Under the pieces are notes generated by a model. The model did not search any database, had not been told where the DNA came from, and was given only the letters and a program-made list of their open reading frames with translations. From Clostridia bacterium (lineage in GTDB: Bacteria; Bacillota; Clostridia; Christensenellales; Aristaeellaceae), in NCBI GenBank assembly GCA_017516765.1, contig JAFXBE010000045.1, positions 25,102 to 89,101 of the forward strand: a DNA stretch of 64,000 bases, written 5' to 3'. Both the position numbers and the translations under genes were made by a program. Below are positions 44,684 to 53,407 of this stretch, in pieces (the first letter of the stretch is position 1; the number at the start of each line of letters is the position of its first letter).

Positions 44684-46255
44684 ATGACAAAATATCTGAT
44701 TAAGCGCATCTTGCATGGTTTGGTCTCTGTGGTGATTGTTGTCGGCATCGTTATGCTGCTCATTTATTCTGCATTGGACCGACAGCTTATTTTTGCCATG
44801 GACCCCACCTATAAGCAGTTGGGCAATAACCAGAAGGAAGCCTATATGTACCGCAAATGGGAGGAGTACGGCTATATCGACTTTGTGCCGTATACCGAAT
44901 ATTTGCTCGATCTTACCAAAAAGGGCGAGATCACCGAAGAAGAACGTACTGCCGTTGCCAGTATCGGTAAAAAAGCCGAGAACGACAGCGAGCAGGTAGC
45001 TGCCTATGTGCAGAAATTTACCGATTACTACAAATCCAAGGGCTACGAGATCATCCGCAGGGATGCCAAGATGCAGAGCCCCAAAAAATATGTATCCGGC
45101 GGCCAGCAGCAGCTGTTCGCCTATAAGGACAAGCCCCTTCTGAACCGGTTGCTTACGTATTTCACCGGTATTGTTAGCGTTGACAATATTCACTATGTGC
45201 AGGAGGAGATCGAGGACCGCGGCCTTACCTTTACGCTGCACGATCCTCTCTATGGCGGCGAGAAATTCTCCCCCGCCATTATCGGCAACGGTACCCGGCA
45301 CAAGTATTTAGTATATTTCGATGACAAGTTCCCCTTCATCCACCAGAACCTTGTGCAGATCAATCTGGGCAAGAGCTACTCGGTCAATCTGGGTGTTGAT
45401 GTATTCGAAACCATGATGACCCCTCAGGGTTCCTATGTGCTTTCCAACATCACCTATCCCACCGGTCTGGTGGAGGACAGCGCAGACGACCTGCACTCTG
45501 CCGTGTACATTGCCGGTTCCCGTGAAGCCAATCTGGTAAACGCCGACCGCTTTACCGACGACTACACCTCCGTGCAGACGGTGAAGAACGCCAAGTCCAA
45601 AGTTGGCTTCTCCTTTGTGATCGGTATTATTTCTTCCATGATGGCCTATGCCCTCGGCGTACCGCTGGGCATTATGATGGCCCGCAAGAAGGACAAGTTC
45701 CTGGATAAGCTGGGTACGGCGTATATTATCTTCATTATCGCAGTGCCTTCTCTGGCTTACATCTTCCTGTTCAAGGCCATCGGTGGCGCTATCGGGCTGC
45801 CCACCACCTTCGATATCGACAAGAGCAGCTGGATGATGTATGTGCTGCCCATCGTGTCGCTGGCGCTTCCCTCCATCGCCAACCTGATGAAGTGGCTGCG
45901 TCGCTACATGATCGACCAGATGAACTCCGACTATGTCAAGTTCGCCCGTAGCGGCGGTCTTTCCGAGAACGAGATCTTCTCCAAGCACATCCTCAAGAAT
46001 GCGATTATTCCGCTGGTTCACGGCATTCCCGGCACGATCCTGTTCTCCATCACGGGCGCCATCATCACCGAGCGCGTGTATGTTGTCCCCGGTGCCGGTA
46101 ACCTGCTTACCAAGGCCATCAACATGTACGACAACAGCGTTATCGTGGGCGTTACCCTCTTCTATGCGCTGCTGTCCATCATCAGCCTCATTCTGGGCGA
46201 TATCCTCATGTCGCTGGTAGACCCGAGAATCTCCTTTACATCGAAAGCGAGGTAA
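44684..46255 (+). CDS. ABC transporter permease (OppB/DppB-like) with a roughly 275-aa loop after TM1 (523 aa)
   Basis: N-terminal KRILHGLVSVVIVVGIVMLL is typical of OppB. The C-terminal part carries binding-protein-dependent transport motifs (YVKFARSGGLSENEIFSKHILKNA). Confidence 0.85.
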   Translation: MTKYLIKRILHGLVSVVIVVGIVMLLIYSALDRQLIFAMDPTYKQLGNNQKEAYMYRKWEEYGYIDFVPYTEYLLDLTKKGEITEEERTAVASIGKKAENDSEQVAAYVQKFTDYYKSKGYEIIRRDAKMQSPKKYVSGGQQQLFAYKDKPLLNRLLTYFTGIVSVDNIHYVQEEIEDRGLTFTLHDPLYGGEKFSPAIIGNGTRHKYLVYFDDKFPFIHQNLVQINLGKSYSVNLGVDVFETMMTPQGSYVLSNITYPTGLVEDSADDLHSAVYIAGSREANLVNADRFTDDYTSVQTVKNAKSKVGFSFVIGIISSMMAYALGVPLGIMMARKKDKFLDKLGTAYIIFIIAVPSLAYIFLFKAIGGAIGLPTTFDIDKSSWMMYVLPIVSLALPSIANLMKWLRRYMIDQMNSDYVKFARSGGLSENEIFSKHILKNAIIPLVHGIPGTILFSITGAIITERVYVVPGAGNLLTKAINMYDNSVIVGVTLFYALLSIISLILGDILMSLVDPRISFTSKAR

Positions 46256-46261
46256 AACCAT

Positions 46262-47239
46262 ATGAATAATGAATTGTTTAACCTCGAAGACTTGAACATG
46301 TCTGAGGAGGAACTCTTTACCCGGGTGGACCACAACGATCTGGAATCCGAAAAGATCACTGCGCCCCGTTATTCCTATTGGCGCAGCGTTTTCCGCGTAT
46401 TCTTCCGCAAGCGCAGCAACATCATCATCCTGTCCCTGTTTGCGCTGCTGCTGCTGTTTACCTATGTGTATCCCATGATCGTTCCCTACGACCAGTTCGC
46501 CTACCTGATGGATCCCGAAGCCAAGCACCTTACCCCTGCCGCTGCCATTGCCAAGTACGGCTTTAACATCGACTGGATCTTCGGTGCGGGCAAGTCCGGC
46601 GAGCCCACCTTCAGCGCAGTATGGAACGGCGCGAAGATCTCCATCACCATGGCGTTCATCTGCGCCGCCATCAACATGACCATCGGTATTGTGCTGGGCG
46701 CTGTGTGGGGCTTTTCCAAGAAAGTGGATATCGTCATGACCGAGGTGAACAACATTATCGGCAATGTGCCCTATGTGCTGCTGATCTCGGTACTGGTGCT
46801 CATCTTCTCCGCCGGCTTCTGGACACTGGTCTTTGCATTGACGGTTACCGGCTGGCTGAGCATAGCTTACTTTATTCGAACCCAGGTCATCATTATCCGC
46901 GACCGGGAATACAATCTGGCTTCCCGCTGTCTGGGTACCCCCATTCTGCGCATTGCCATGAAGAATATCCTGCCCTTTATGACCTCCGTCATCGTTACGC
47001 TGGCGGCTACGGAGATTCCCTCCTACATCAGCTACGAGGTGTTCCTTTCCTACATCGGTATGGGTATGTCCGAAATGTCGCTGGGTAAGCTGATCTTCGA
47101 AGCAGAGAACGCCATGCTGACGCCTGGCTGGCAGTTCGAGTTCTGGACTCCTGTTGCCGTTGCTTCTATCATTACGGTGGTGTTGTATGTTGTCGGTCAG
47201 AATCTGGGCGACGCATCCGACCCCAGAACCCATATGTGA
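46262..47239 (+). CDS. ABC transporter permease (OppC/DppC-like) (325 aa)
   Basis: Six TM segments and the EAA-like region REYNLASRCLGTPILRIAMKNILP. Confidence 0.85.
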   Translation: MNNELFNLEDLNMSEEELFTRVDHNDLESEKITAPRYSYWRSVFRVFFRKRSNIIILSLFALLLLFTYVYPMIVPYDQFAYLMDPEAKHLTPAAAIAKYGFNIDWIFGAGKSGEPTFSAVWNGAKISITMAFICAAINMTIGIVLGAVWGFSKKVDIVMTEVNNIIGNVPYVLLISVLVLIFSAGFWTLVFALTVTGWLSIAYFIRTQVIIIRDREYNLASRCLGTPILRIAMKNILPFMTSVIVTLAATEIPSYISYEVFLSYIGMGMSEMSLGKLIFEAENAMLTPGWQFEFWTPVAVASIITVVLYVVGQNLGDASDPRTHM

Positions 47240-47250
47240 GGTGCAGCAGC

Positions 47251-48999
47251 ATGGAAGAAAGAAAAGCTCTGCTTTCAGTAAAGGATCTGGAAGTAAAATT
47301 CAACGTCCGCGGTCGTAAGCTCACGGCCATCCGCGGTATTTCTCTGGATATTCTGGAAAACGAGTCCATCGCCATCGTGGGCGAATCCGGTTCCGGCAAG
47401 TCTGTTTTTACCAAGACCTTTGCCGGTATGCTGGATTCCAACGGCTTTATCAGTCAGGGCAGCATCCTTTTCAACGATGCCGAGCTGATCGACACCGTTG
47501 CCAACATGGATGCCGCCGCATGGCGCAAGGTGGAGGCCATTACCAAGAGACTGAATGAGCACGCAAAGCTGGCAGGCGGCGCTGCCACCTATAATGAGCT
47601 GCGTGCCCTTGAGGAAGAAAAGATTGCCCGTGCATCCCTCTCTGCCGAAGAGGAGCATAAGATCGACGAAGAGATCGGTTCGCTGGTGTTCCTGCGTACC
47701 GAGGCATTTAACCAGAAGCAGACCTTTGATCCCCGCTCCGAGAAGGACAAGATCAAGGAGATCTCTCAGAAGATCGCTGCTTACGATGCCAAGATCAAGA
47801 TGATGCAGCAGGACAAGGCCGCCACCATTGCCGCCCGCAAAAAGGCCATGGCGGGGGATACCCAGTATCTGCACCAGTACGAGACCAGCAAGGCGGAACT
47901 GCAACGCCGCTATGAGGAAGAGATCCGTCAGCCTGTTTCCGCTGCCATGAGCGACCGTATGGCTGTGATCGCCAAGGAAGTCTACCTCTCCGTTGCCCGC
48001 TACAGCAAGGTGAAGCGTGAAAAGTGCATCCGTCTGCTGCTGGAAGAGCTGAAGAACGCTCTCAAGCGCGGTGAAGATCTGAACGACGACGCCGTTGTCA
48101 GCGATGTGTTCGATAAGGTCACCTTCCGGGTGCAGTATCTGGACGAGACCCCCGACCGCCTCCACGGCAAATGTGTGCTGAACCTTGCCAAGGTGAAGGA
48201 TAACAACGACTGGACGAAGATCCGCGGCAAGAAGATCGCCACCGTTTTCCAGGATCCCATGACCAGTCTGAACCCCATTATCACCATTGGTAAGCAGATT
48301 ACTTCCATCATCATCAAGCACCAGAAGTGCACCGAGGTGGAAGCACGCACCCGCGCCCTGGAGCTGATGTACAAGGTTGGCATTCCCAATGCGGAAAAGC
48401 GTTTTGACGACTATCCCTTCCAGTATTCCGGCGGTATGCGTCAGCGTATCGTTATTGCCATTGCGCTTTCCTGCCAGCCCAAGATCCTCATCTGCGACGA
48501 ACCCACCACCGCTCTGGACGTGACCATTCAGGCACAGATCCTCAATCTGCTCAAGGATCTGCAGCGTGAGTTCAACTACACCATCGTCTTTATTACCCAC
48601 GACCTTGGCGTGGTCGCCAACATCGCAGACCGTGTGGCCGTGATGTATGCAGGTCAGATCGTAGAGGTCGGTAAGGTGGAAGAGGTGTTCTTCGACCCCC
48701 GCCATCCCTATACGTGGGCTCTGCTGTCCTCCCTGCCCCAGCTGGCGCAGAAGAATACCAAGCTGTACTCCATCACCGGCACGCCGCCTTCCCTGTACAA
48801 CAAGATCGTGGGCGATCCCTTCGCACCCAGAAATCCCTACTGCATGAAGGTGGACACGCTGGTGGATCCCCCCATGTTCCAGGTAACCGAGACCCACTTC
48901 GCCAAGACCTGGCTGCTGGATCCCCGCGCGCCCAAGGTCGAAAAGCCTGAGATTATCCATGATATTCATCAGAAGCTGATCGACGCATTCAATATCTGA
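47251..48999 (+). CDS. ABC transporter ATP-binding protein (OppD-like) with a roughly 235-aa insertion between Walker A and the Q-loop (582 aa)
   Basis: Walker A GESGSGKS (aa 44-51), Q-loop ATVFQDPMTSLNP (aa about 330-342), signature YSGGMRQR, Walker B ILICDEPTTALD, and a C-terminal oligopeptide-ATPase tail. Confidence 0.88.
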   Translation: MEERKALLSVKDLEVKFNVRGRKLTAIRGISLDILENESIAIVGESGSGKSVFTKTFAGMLDSNGFISQGSILFNDAELIDTVANMDAAAWRKVEAITKRLNEHAKLAGGAATYNELRALEEEKIARASLSAEEEHKIDEEIGSLVFLRTEAFNQKQTFDPRSEKDKIKEISQKIAAYDAKIKMMQQDKAATIAARKKAMAGDTQYLHQYETSKAELQRRYEEEIRQPVSAAMSDRMAVIAKEVYLSVARYSKVKREKCIRLLLEELKNALKRGEDLNDDAVVSDVFDKVTFRVQYLDETPDRLHGKCVLNLAKVKDNNDWTKIRGKKIATVFQDPMTSLNPIITIGKQITSIIIKHQKCTEVEARTRALELMYKVGIPNAEKRFDDYPFQYSGGMRQRIVIAIALSCQPKILICDEPTTALDVTIQAQILNLLKDLQREFNYTIVFITHDLGVVANIADRVAVMYAGQIVEVGKVEEVFFDPRHPYTWALLSSLPQLAQKNTKLYSITGTPPSLYNKIVGDPFAPRNPYCMKVDTLVDPPMFQVTETHFAKTWLLDPRAPKVEKPEIIHDIHQKLIDAFNI

Positions 49000-49014
49000 C
49001 AGGAGGGATGACAA

Positions 49015-50319
49015 ATGATGAATAACGAAACCAATACGTCTGTCGTCAATGCCGCCCATCTGCCGGAGCACGGGCCGCTGGACGAAAACGGACGGGAAAT
49101 CATCCTTACCGTCAAGAATCTGGACATTACCTTCGGTAAGGGTGACAACGCTGTTAAAGCAGTCAAGAATGCCAATTTCCACATCTACAAGGGCGAGACC
49201 TTCTCGCTGGTCGGCGAGTCCGGCTCCGGTAAGACCACCATCGGTCGCGCCGTGATCCGCGTTAACCCCTGCGCTGCAGGCGAGATCCTCTACAAGGGTG
49301 TAAAGATCTCCGGCAAGATCTCCCGCACGCTGGATAAAGAAGTGATCCGAAACATCCAGATGGTGTTTCAGGATCCCGCCGCTTCCCTGAACGAGCGCGC
49401 CACCGTTGACTACATCATCTCCGAGGGTCTGTACAACTTCCATCTCTTCAAGAACGAGGCGGATCGCGTAGCCAAGGTAGAGAAGATCATCAACGAGGTA
49501 GGTCTGCTGCCCGAGCATCTGACCCGCTACCCCCACGAGTTCTCCGGCGGTCAGCGTCAGCGCATCGGTCTGGCCCGCGCAGCCGTCATGGAGCCCGAGC
49601 TGATCATCGCCGACGAGCCTATCTCTGCACTGGACGTATCCATCCGTGCTCAGGTGCTCAACCTGATGAAGAAGTTCCAGGCAGAGCGGGATGTGTCCTA
49701 TCTGTTCATCGCCCACGACCTTTCCATCGTGCGCTTCATCTCCGACCGCATCGCCGTTATCTATAAGGGCGATATCGTGGAGATCGCAGAAACCGGCGAG
49801 CTGTTCGACTATCCCATGCACCCCTACACCCGTTCTTTGATCTCTGCCATTCCGATCCCGGATCCTATTCTGGAGAAGAACAAGGTGCTCTTTACCTACG
49901 ACCCCTCTGTGCATGATTACAGCGAAGACAAGCCCGAGCTGACCGACATCGGTAACGGTCACTTCGTTTATGGCAACAAGAAGGAGATCGAAGAGTACAA
50001 GGCGCTGCGTGCAAAGAACGAGCCCATCAAGTCCATCACCATCCTCCAGCCCGGCGAGGAGCGCCCCGCTGCCCCGCAGGTGGAGCGCAGCTATGATGAC
50101 GAGTTCATCAACGCACCGGTGCACGATACCGGCAGCAAGTGGTATGTATTCCTGTCCTTCCTGCTGCCGCTGCTGGGCTTTATCGCTGCCGCAGTATTCA
50201 AGCGCAAGAAGCATTACCGCAACTACAAGGCCTGCAAGAAGGGCGCTATCTTCGGCGTGTGCGTGCTGGGCGCAGTGCTGCTGTTGTTCGGCATCTTCCT
50301 GCTCCTTGCAGTGATCTGA
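49015..50319 (+). CDS. ABC transporter ATP-binding protein (OppF-like) with a C-terminal extension ending in two predicted TM helices (434 aa)
   Basis: Walker [11 protein letters not shown]-loop QMVFQDP, signature FSGGQRQR, Walker [13 protein letters not shown]. The tail is [59 protein letters not shown]. Confidence 0.85.
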   Translation: MMNNETNTSVVNAAHLPEHGPLDENGREIILTVKNLDITFGKGDNAVKAVKNANFHIYKGETFSLVGESGSGKTTIGRAVIRVNPCAAGEILYKGVKISGKISRTLDKEVIRNIQMVFQDPAASLNERATVDYIISEGLYNFHLFKNEADRVAKVEKIINEVGLLPEHLTRYPHEFSGGQRQRIGLARAAVMEPELIIADEPISALDVSIRAQVLNLMKKFQAERDVSYLFIAHDLSIVRFISDRIAVIYKGDIVEIAETGELFDYPMHPYTRSLISAIPIPDPILEKNKVLFTYDPSVHDYSEDKPELTDIGNGHFVYGNKKEIEEYKALRAKNEPIKSITILQPGEERPAAPQVERSYDDEFINAPVHDTGSKWYVFLSFLLPLLGFIAAAVFKRKKHYRNYKACKKGAIFGVCVLGAVLLLFGIFLLLAVI

Positions 50320-50334
50320 TTTGGAGAAAACAAA

Positions 50335-51591
50335 ATGAAACGTCAAGCCCCTGATCGTACAGCCTATCAGCCCAAGCCGGTAGAGCAGGTTGAGGTAAAC
50401 GAAGGGAAAGTCAAGGCAAGGATCATTCTTTTGATCCTTGCCGTTGTGATTGCGATCGTTGCCTTTGGCTGGGTCATCTTCAGCCGCACCCATGTGAATA
50501 CCGGCTGGCGGGAAATTGAAGTGGCATCCGACGGCACCATGAACTGCAGTCAGGATTTCCAATTCAATTACTACCTCGGCGGCAGCGGCATGTCTGCGGC
50601 AGCAGAGCTGAAGGCCATCACCCTTCTGTATACGGAGGCAACCGAGAAAGCCTACAACATCTTCAATGCCCACGAGTTGAGCCCCGAACTGAACAATCTG
50701 TTTCAGCTCAATCTGAACCCGAACAAGCCTATCAAGGTGGATCCTGCGCTGTATGCTGCGCTGGAGACAGTTGACCGTCTGGACAGCCGCTATCTGTTCC
50801 TTGCGCCCATGTACAGTGAGTACCACAGTCTGTTTTTCTGTAATGACGACTGGGAGACTGCCGGTTACGATCCGGTACAAAATCCGGATATTCGGGAATA
50901 TGCGGCACAGGTAGCCGCCTTTGCCGCCGATCCCGGGCAGATCAATATTCAGCTGATGGGCGATGATACCGTACAGCTGACGGTTTCGGAGAGCTACACA
51001 GCCTTTGCCAAGGAGAACGGCATCGATTGCTATGCCGATTTCTACTGGATGAAGAACGCTTTCATCATCGATTATCTGGCCAATACCATGGAGGATGCCG
51101 GTTACAACCGTGGCGTCATCTCCAGCTACGATGGCTTCTCCCGCTGTCTTGGAGAAGAAAAGCTGGCATATTCCCATCAGCTTTTCGATCTGCAGGATGG
51201 CAAAGCCTACCGGGCTGCCACCATGGATTATTCCGGCGGCACCAATCTGGTTTGCCTGCGCTCCTTCCCCCTGAACCGGCAGAAAGAGTTGTACTACTAT
51301 CGGTTCAAGGATGGCAGCTTCCGCACGGCACATGTGGATATTGCCGACGGTATCAGCAAAACCGCATTGCCTACGCTGGCGGCAACTTCCGGAACCAAAT
51401 CCTGTGCCGAGATCCTGCTGCGGTTGCTGCCGTTCTACGCAACTGAAACCTGGACGGGAGAAGTTCACAAAACCCTGCCTGCCGAGGGAATCTATCCTGT
51501 CAGTATCACTGACCGGGTGGTCTGCCAAAGCGGCACACAGGTTTCCCTGAGCGATCTCTACGAAGGGTATCGCATCCAGTCGGCAGAATGA
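50335..51591 (+). CDS. membrane-anchored extracytoplasmic protein with divergent ApbE (flavin transferase)-like motif order (418 aa)
   Basis: N-terminal TM ARIILLILAVVIAIVAFGWVIF. Segments are collinear with ApbE landmarks (GTM..., SPELNNLF...VKVDPALYAALE, DFYWMKNAFIIDYLANTMEDAGYNRGVISSYDG, YSGGTN, AHVDIADGISK), but key residues differ. Confidence 0.4.
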   Translation: MKRQAPDRTAYQPKPVEQVEVNEGKVKARIILLILAVVIAIVAFGWVIFSRTHVNTGWREIEVASDGTMNCSQDFQFNYYLGGSGMSAAAELKAITLLYTEATEKAYNIFNAHELSPELNNLFQLNLNPNKPIKVDPALYAALETVDRLDSRYLFLAPMYSEYHSLFFCNDDWETAGYDPVQNPDIREYAAQVAAFAADPGQINIQLMGDDTVQLTVSESYTAFAKENGIDCYADFYWMKNAFIIDYLANTMEDAGYNRGVISSYDGFSRCLGEEKLAYSHQLFDLQDGKAYRAATMDYSGGTNLVCLRSFPLNRQKELYYYRFKDGSFRTAHVDIADGISKTALPTLAATSGTKSCAEILLRLLPFYATETWTGEVHKTLPAEGIYPVSITDRVVCQSGTQVSLSDLYEGYRIQSAE

Positions 51592-51596
51592 TCCTG

Positions 51597-51644
51597 CGCC
51601 CTTTCCGCTTTGCCCATGTCAGGGCGGAAAGGGCGTCTTTTTTA
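51597..51644 (+). terminator. rho-independent terminator of the Opp-like operon
   Basis: CGCCCTTTCCGC-N15-GCGGAAAGGGCG, a 12-bp stem followed by TCTTTTTT. Confidence 0.85.
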
Positions 51645-51750
51645 CCCGGAGAAGGTTAGTGTCAATGGCTGCATCTGTTTGTCCTGCGGTTATGTGCCAA
51701 TGCTTTACACGATATTTACATTTCATCGTGATATTGGCTTTGTACAATGC

Positions 51751-51779
51751 TTGCAAGAACCTGCACCGGGTTGTATAAT
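51751..51779 (+). promoter_or_regulatory. sigma-70-type promoter (DUF951-lepB-lepB unit)
   Basis: TTGCAA (51751..51756), 17-nt spacer, TATAAT (51774..51779). Confidence 0.6.
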
Positions 51780-51809
51780 ATCGCTATATGCAGCGGAGGT
51801 GTAACCGGT

Positions 51810-52040
51810 ATGGAAGAGATTCGTCTGGAAGACGTTGTGCAGATGCGCAAGACCCATCCCTGCGGCAGTGACCGCTGGACGGTGATCCGCATCGGCGCAG
51901 ATATCAAGATCAAATGCCTCGGCTGCGGGCGCATTGTGATGCTGGATCGGGAAACCTTTGTGAAACGCCGCAAGAAGGTGCTTCAGCAGGGACCCGTTTC
52001 CGAAGAAGAAACCCTGCGGCAGATGCTGTCGCAGCAGTAA
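51810..52040 (+). CDS. DUF951-family small protein (76 aa)
   Basis: MEEIRLEDVVQMRKTHPCGSDRWTVIRIGADIKIKCLGCGRIVML matches the DUF951 pattern from memory. GGAGGTG lies upstream. Confidence 0.65.
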   Translation: MEEIRLEDVVQMRKTHPCGSDRWTVIRIGADIKIKCLGCGRIVMLDRETFVKRRKKVLQQGPVSEEETLRQMLSQQ

Positions 52041-52052
52041 GGAGGCTGCCCT

Positions 52053-52658
52053 ATGCAGCAAAACGAACCGCAACAGGCGGTAGAAACCATTGCTACGGAA
52101 ACAGAGAAGCCCAAGAAAAAAGGTTTTTGGGCAGAGGCGCTCAGCTGGCTCAAGGAACTGGCGATCGCATTTGTGATCATTGGTCTGGTCTGTATTTTTC
52201 TGATCCAGCCCGTACGGGTGGAGGGTACCAGCATGTGCGATACCCTGCAGAACGGCGAGATCATGCTGGTTACCAAGCCGGAATATCTGTTTGGCGACCC
52301 TGCCTTCGGCGATGTGGTCATCTGCCGCTATCCCGGGCGTGGTTTGGAGATCTTCGTGAAGCGGGTGATGGGTCTGCCCGGCGATGTGATCGAGATCCGG
52401 GACAATGTGGTGTACCGCAACGGTGAAGCCGTTTCCGAACCCTATCTGACCCCCGACCGTAATGACAACGGTTTCGATATGGCGCCCTTTTCCCTTGGTG
52501 AGAAAGAGTATTTTGTGATGGGGGATCATCGGGATCGGAGCCATGACAGCCGGAACTATTATCCCGACGGCACCCCCTCTGCCATTACCCGCGATATGAT
52601 CCACGGGCATGTGCGTTGGGTTGCGTTTCCCTTCAACCAGATCCGCACGGTAGAATAA
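52053..52658 (+). CDS. lepB: signal peptidase I (201 aa)
   Basis: Catalytic Ser box EGTSMCDTL, Lys box FVKRVMGLPGD, and GDHRDRSHDSR. Confidence 0.9.
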   Translation: MQQNEPQQAVETIATETEKPKKKGFWAEALSWLKELAIAFVIIGLVCIFLIQPVRVEGTSMCDTLQNGEIMLVTKPEYLFGDPAFGDVVICRYPGRGLEIFVKRVMGLPGDVIEIRDNVVYRNGEAVSEPYLTPDRNDNGFDMAPFSLGEKEYFVMGDHRDRSHDSRNYYPDGTPSAITRDMIHGHVRWVAFPFNQIRTVE

Positions 52659-52690
52659 TTCATCATAGCAGAACCGGGAGGAACCAGACC

Positions 52691-53338
52691 ATGCAAACAC
52701 AGAAACAGGAGCAGCTGGAAGAACAGCTGGAGCAGCAGTCCCAGCAGCTGCAGGAAAAGTCAGAACAGCAGAACGAAGAAACCAAGGTCGAGGAAAAGAA
52801 ACCCCTGTGGCGCGAGATCCTCAGTTGGGTAACCACGCTGGGCATGGCGGTGATCATCGCCCTTGCCATCCGTGCTTTTGTATTTGAGCCCATCCGGGTG
52901 GATGGCGAAAGCATGATGGATACCCTGCTGGACGGCGAGATTATGATCGTTACCAAGCCGGAGTATCTTTTCGGCGACCCGCAGGTTGGCGACGTGATCA
53001 TCTGCCACTATCCCGGGCGCGGCAATACCAACTTTGTCAAACGTGTGATCGGTGTGCCGGGGGATACCCTCGAGATCCGGGACGATGTGGTCTACCGCAA
53101 CGGCGAAGTCGTGGAGGAGCCCTACCTGACCCCCGCCCGCAACGTCAAGGGCTTCGATATGGCTCCCTTCACGGTAGGCGAGGATCAGTTCTTCGTTGCC
53201 GGAGATAACCGGGACAACAGCCACGACAGCCGCAATTACTACTATATTGGCGGCCCCGCAGCCATTGACCGCAGCATGATCGTGGGTCATGTGCGCTGGG
53301 TGGTTCTGCCTTTTGACCATATGCGCGGTGTCGAATAA
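52691..53338 (+). CDS. lepB: signal peptidase I, tandem paralog with Gln/Glu-rich N-terminus (215 aa)
   Basis: DGESMMDTL, FVKRVIGVPGD, GDNRDNSHDSR. GGGAGGAA lies upstream of MQTQKQ. Confidence 0.9.
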   Translation: MQTQKQEQLEEQLEQQSQQLQEKSEQQNEETKVEEKKPLWREILSWVTTLGMAVIIALAIRAFVFEPIRVDGESMMDTLLDGEIMIVTKPEYLFGDPQVGDVIICHYPGRGNTNFVKRVIGVPGDTLEIRDDVVYRNGEVVEEPYLTPARNVKGFDMAPFTVGEDQFFVAGDNRDNSHDSRNYYYIGGPAAIDRSMIVGHVRWVVLPFDHMRGVE

Positions 53339-53347
53339 AAGCACAGC

Positions 53348-53381
53348 AAACGCCGTATGCATCTCGCATACGGCGTTTTTG
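53348..53381. terminator. bidirectional terminator (lepB / yccF)
   Basis: AAACGCCGTATGC-atctc-GCATACGGCGTTT followed by TTTG. Confidence 0.85.
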
Positions 53382-53407
53382 TATTCCTTTCTGTTCTTCC
53401 CGCTTTG

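Noticed and set aside
47275-51528. A 1417-aa ORF on the minus strand spanning three plus-strand genes. Similar giants are 26237..30457 (1406 aa), 5959..8121, 4359..6203, 21824..23344, 42318..43916 and 24010..25128.
   Set aside because: They are exactly codon-in-register antisense frames of real genes. The sense starts 47251, 49015 and 50335 and the antisense triplets all fall on coordinate mod 3 = 1. The sense starts 26282 and 29768 and the other antisense ORF all fall on mod 3 = 2. In that register an antisense stop needs a sense TTA, CTA or TCA codon, which this GC3-rich genome almost never uses. The translations are low-complexity (G/A/H/D/L/V/Q-rich) with no motifs, RBS or promoters. This is a codon-bias artefact.
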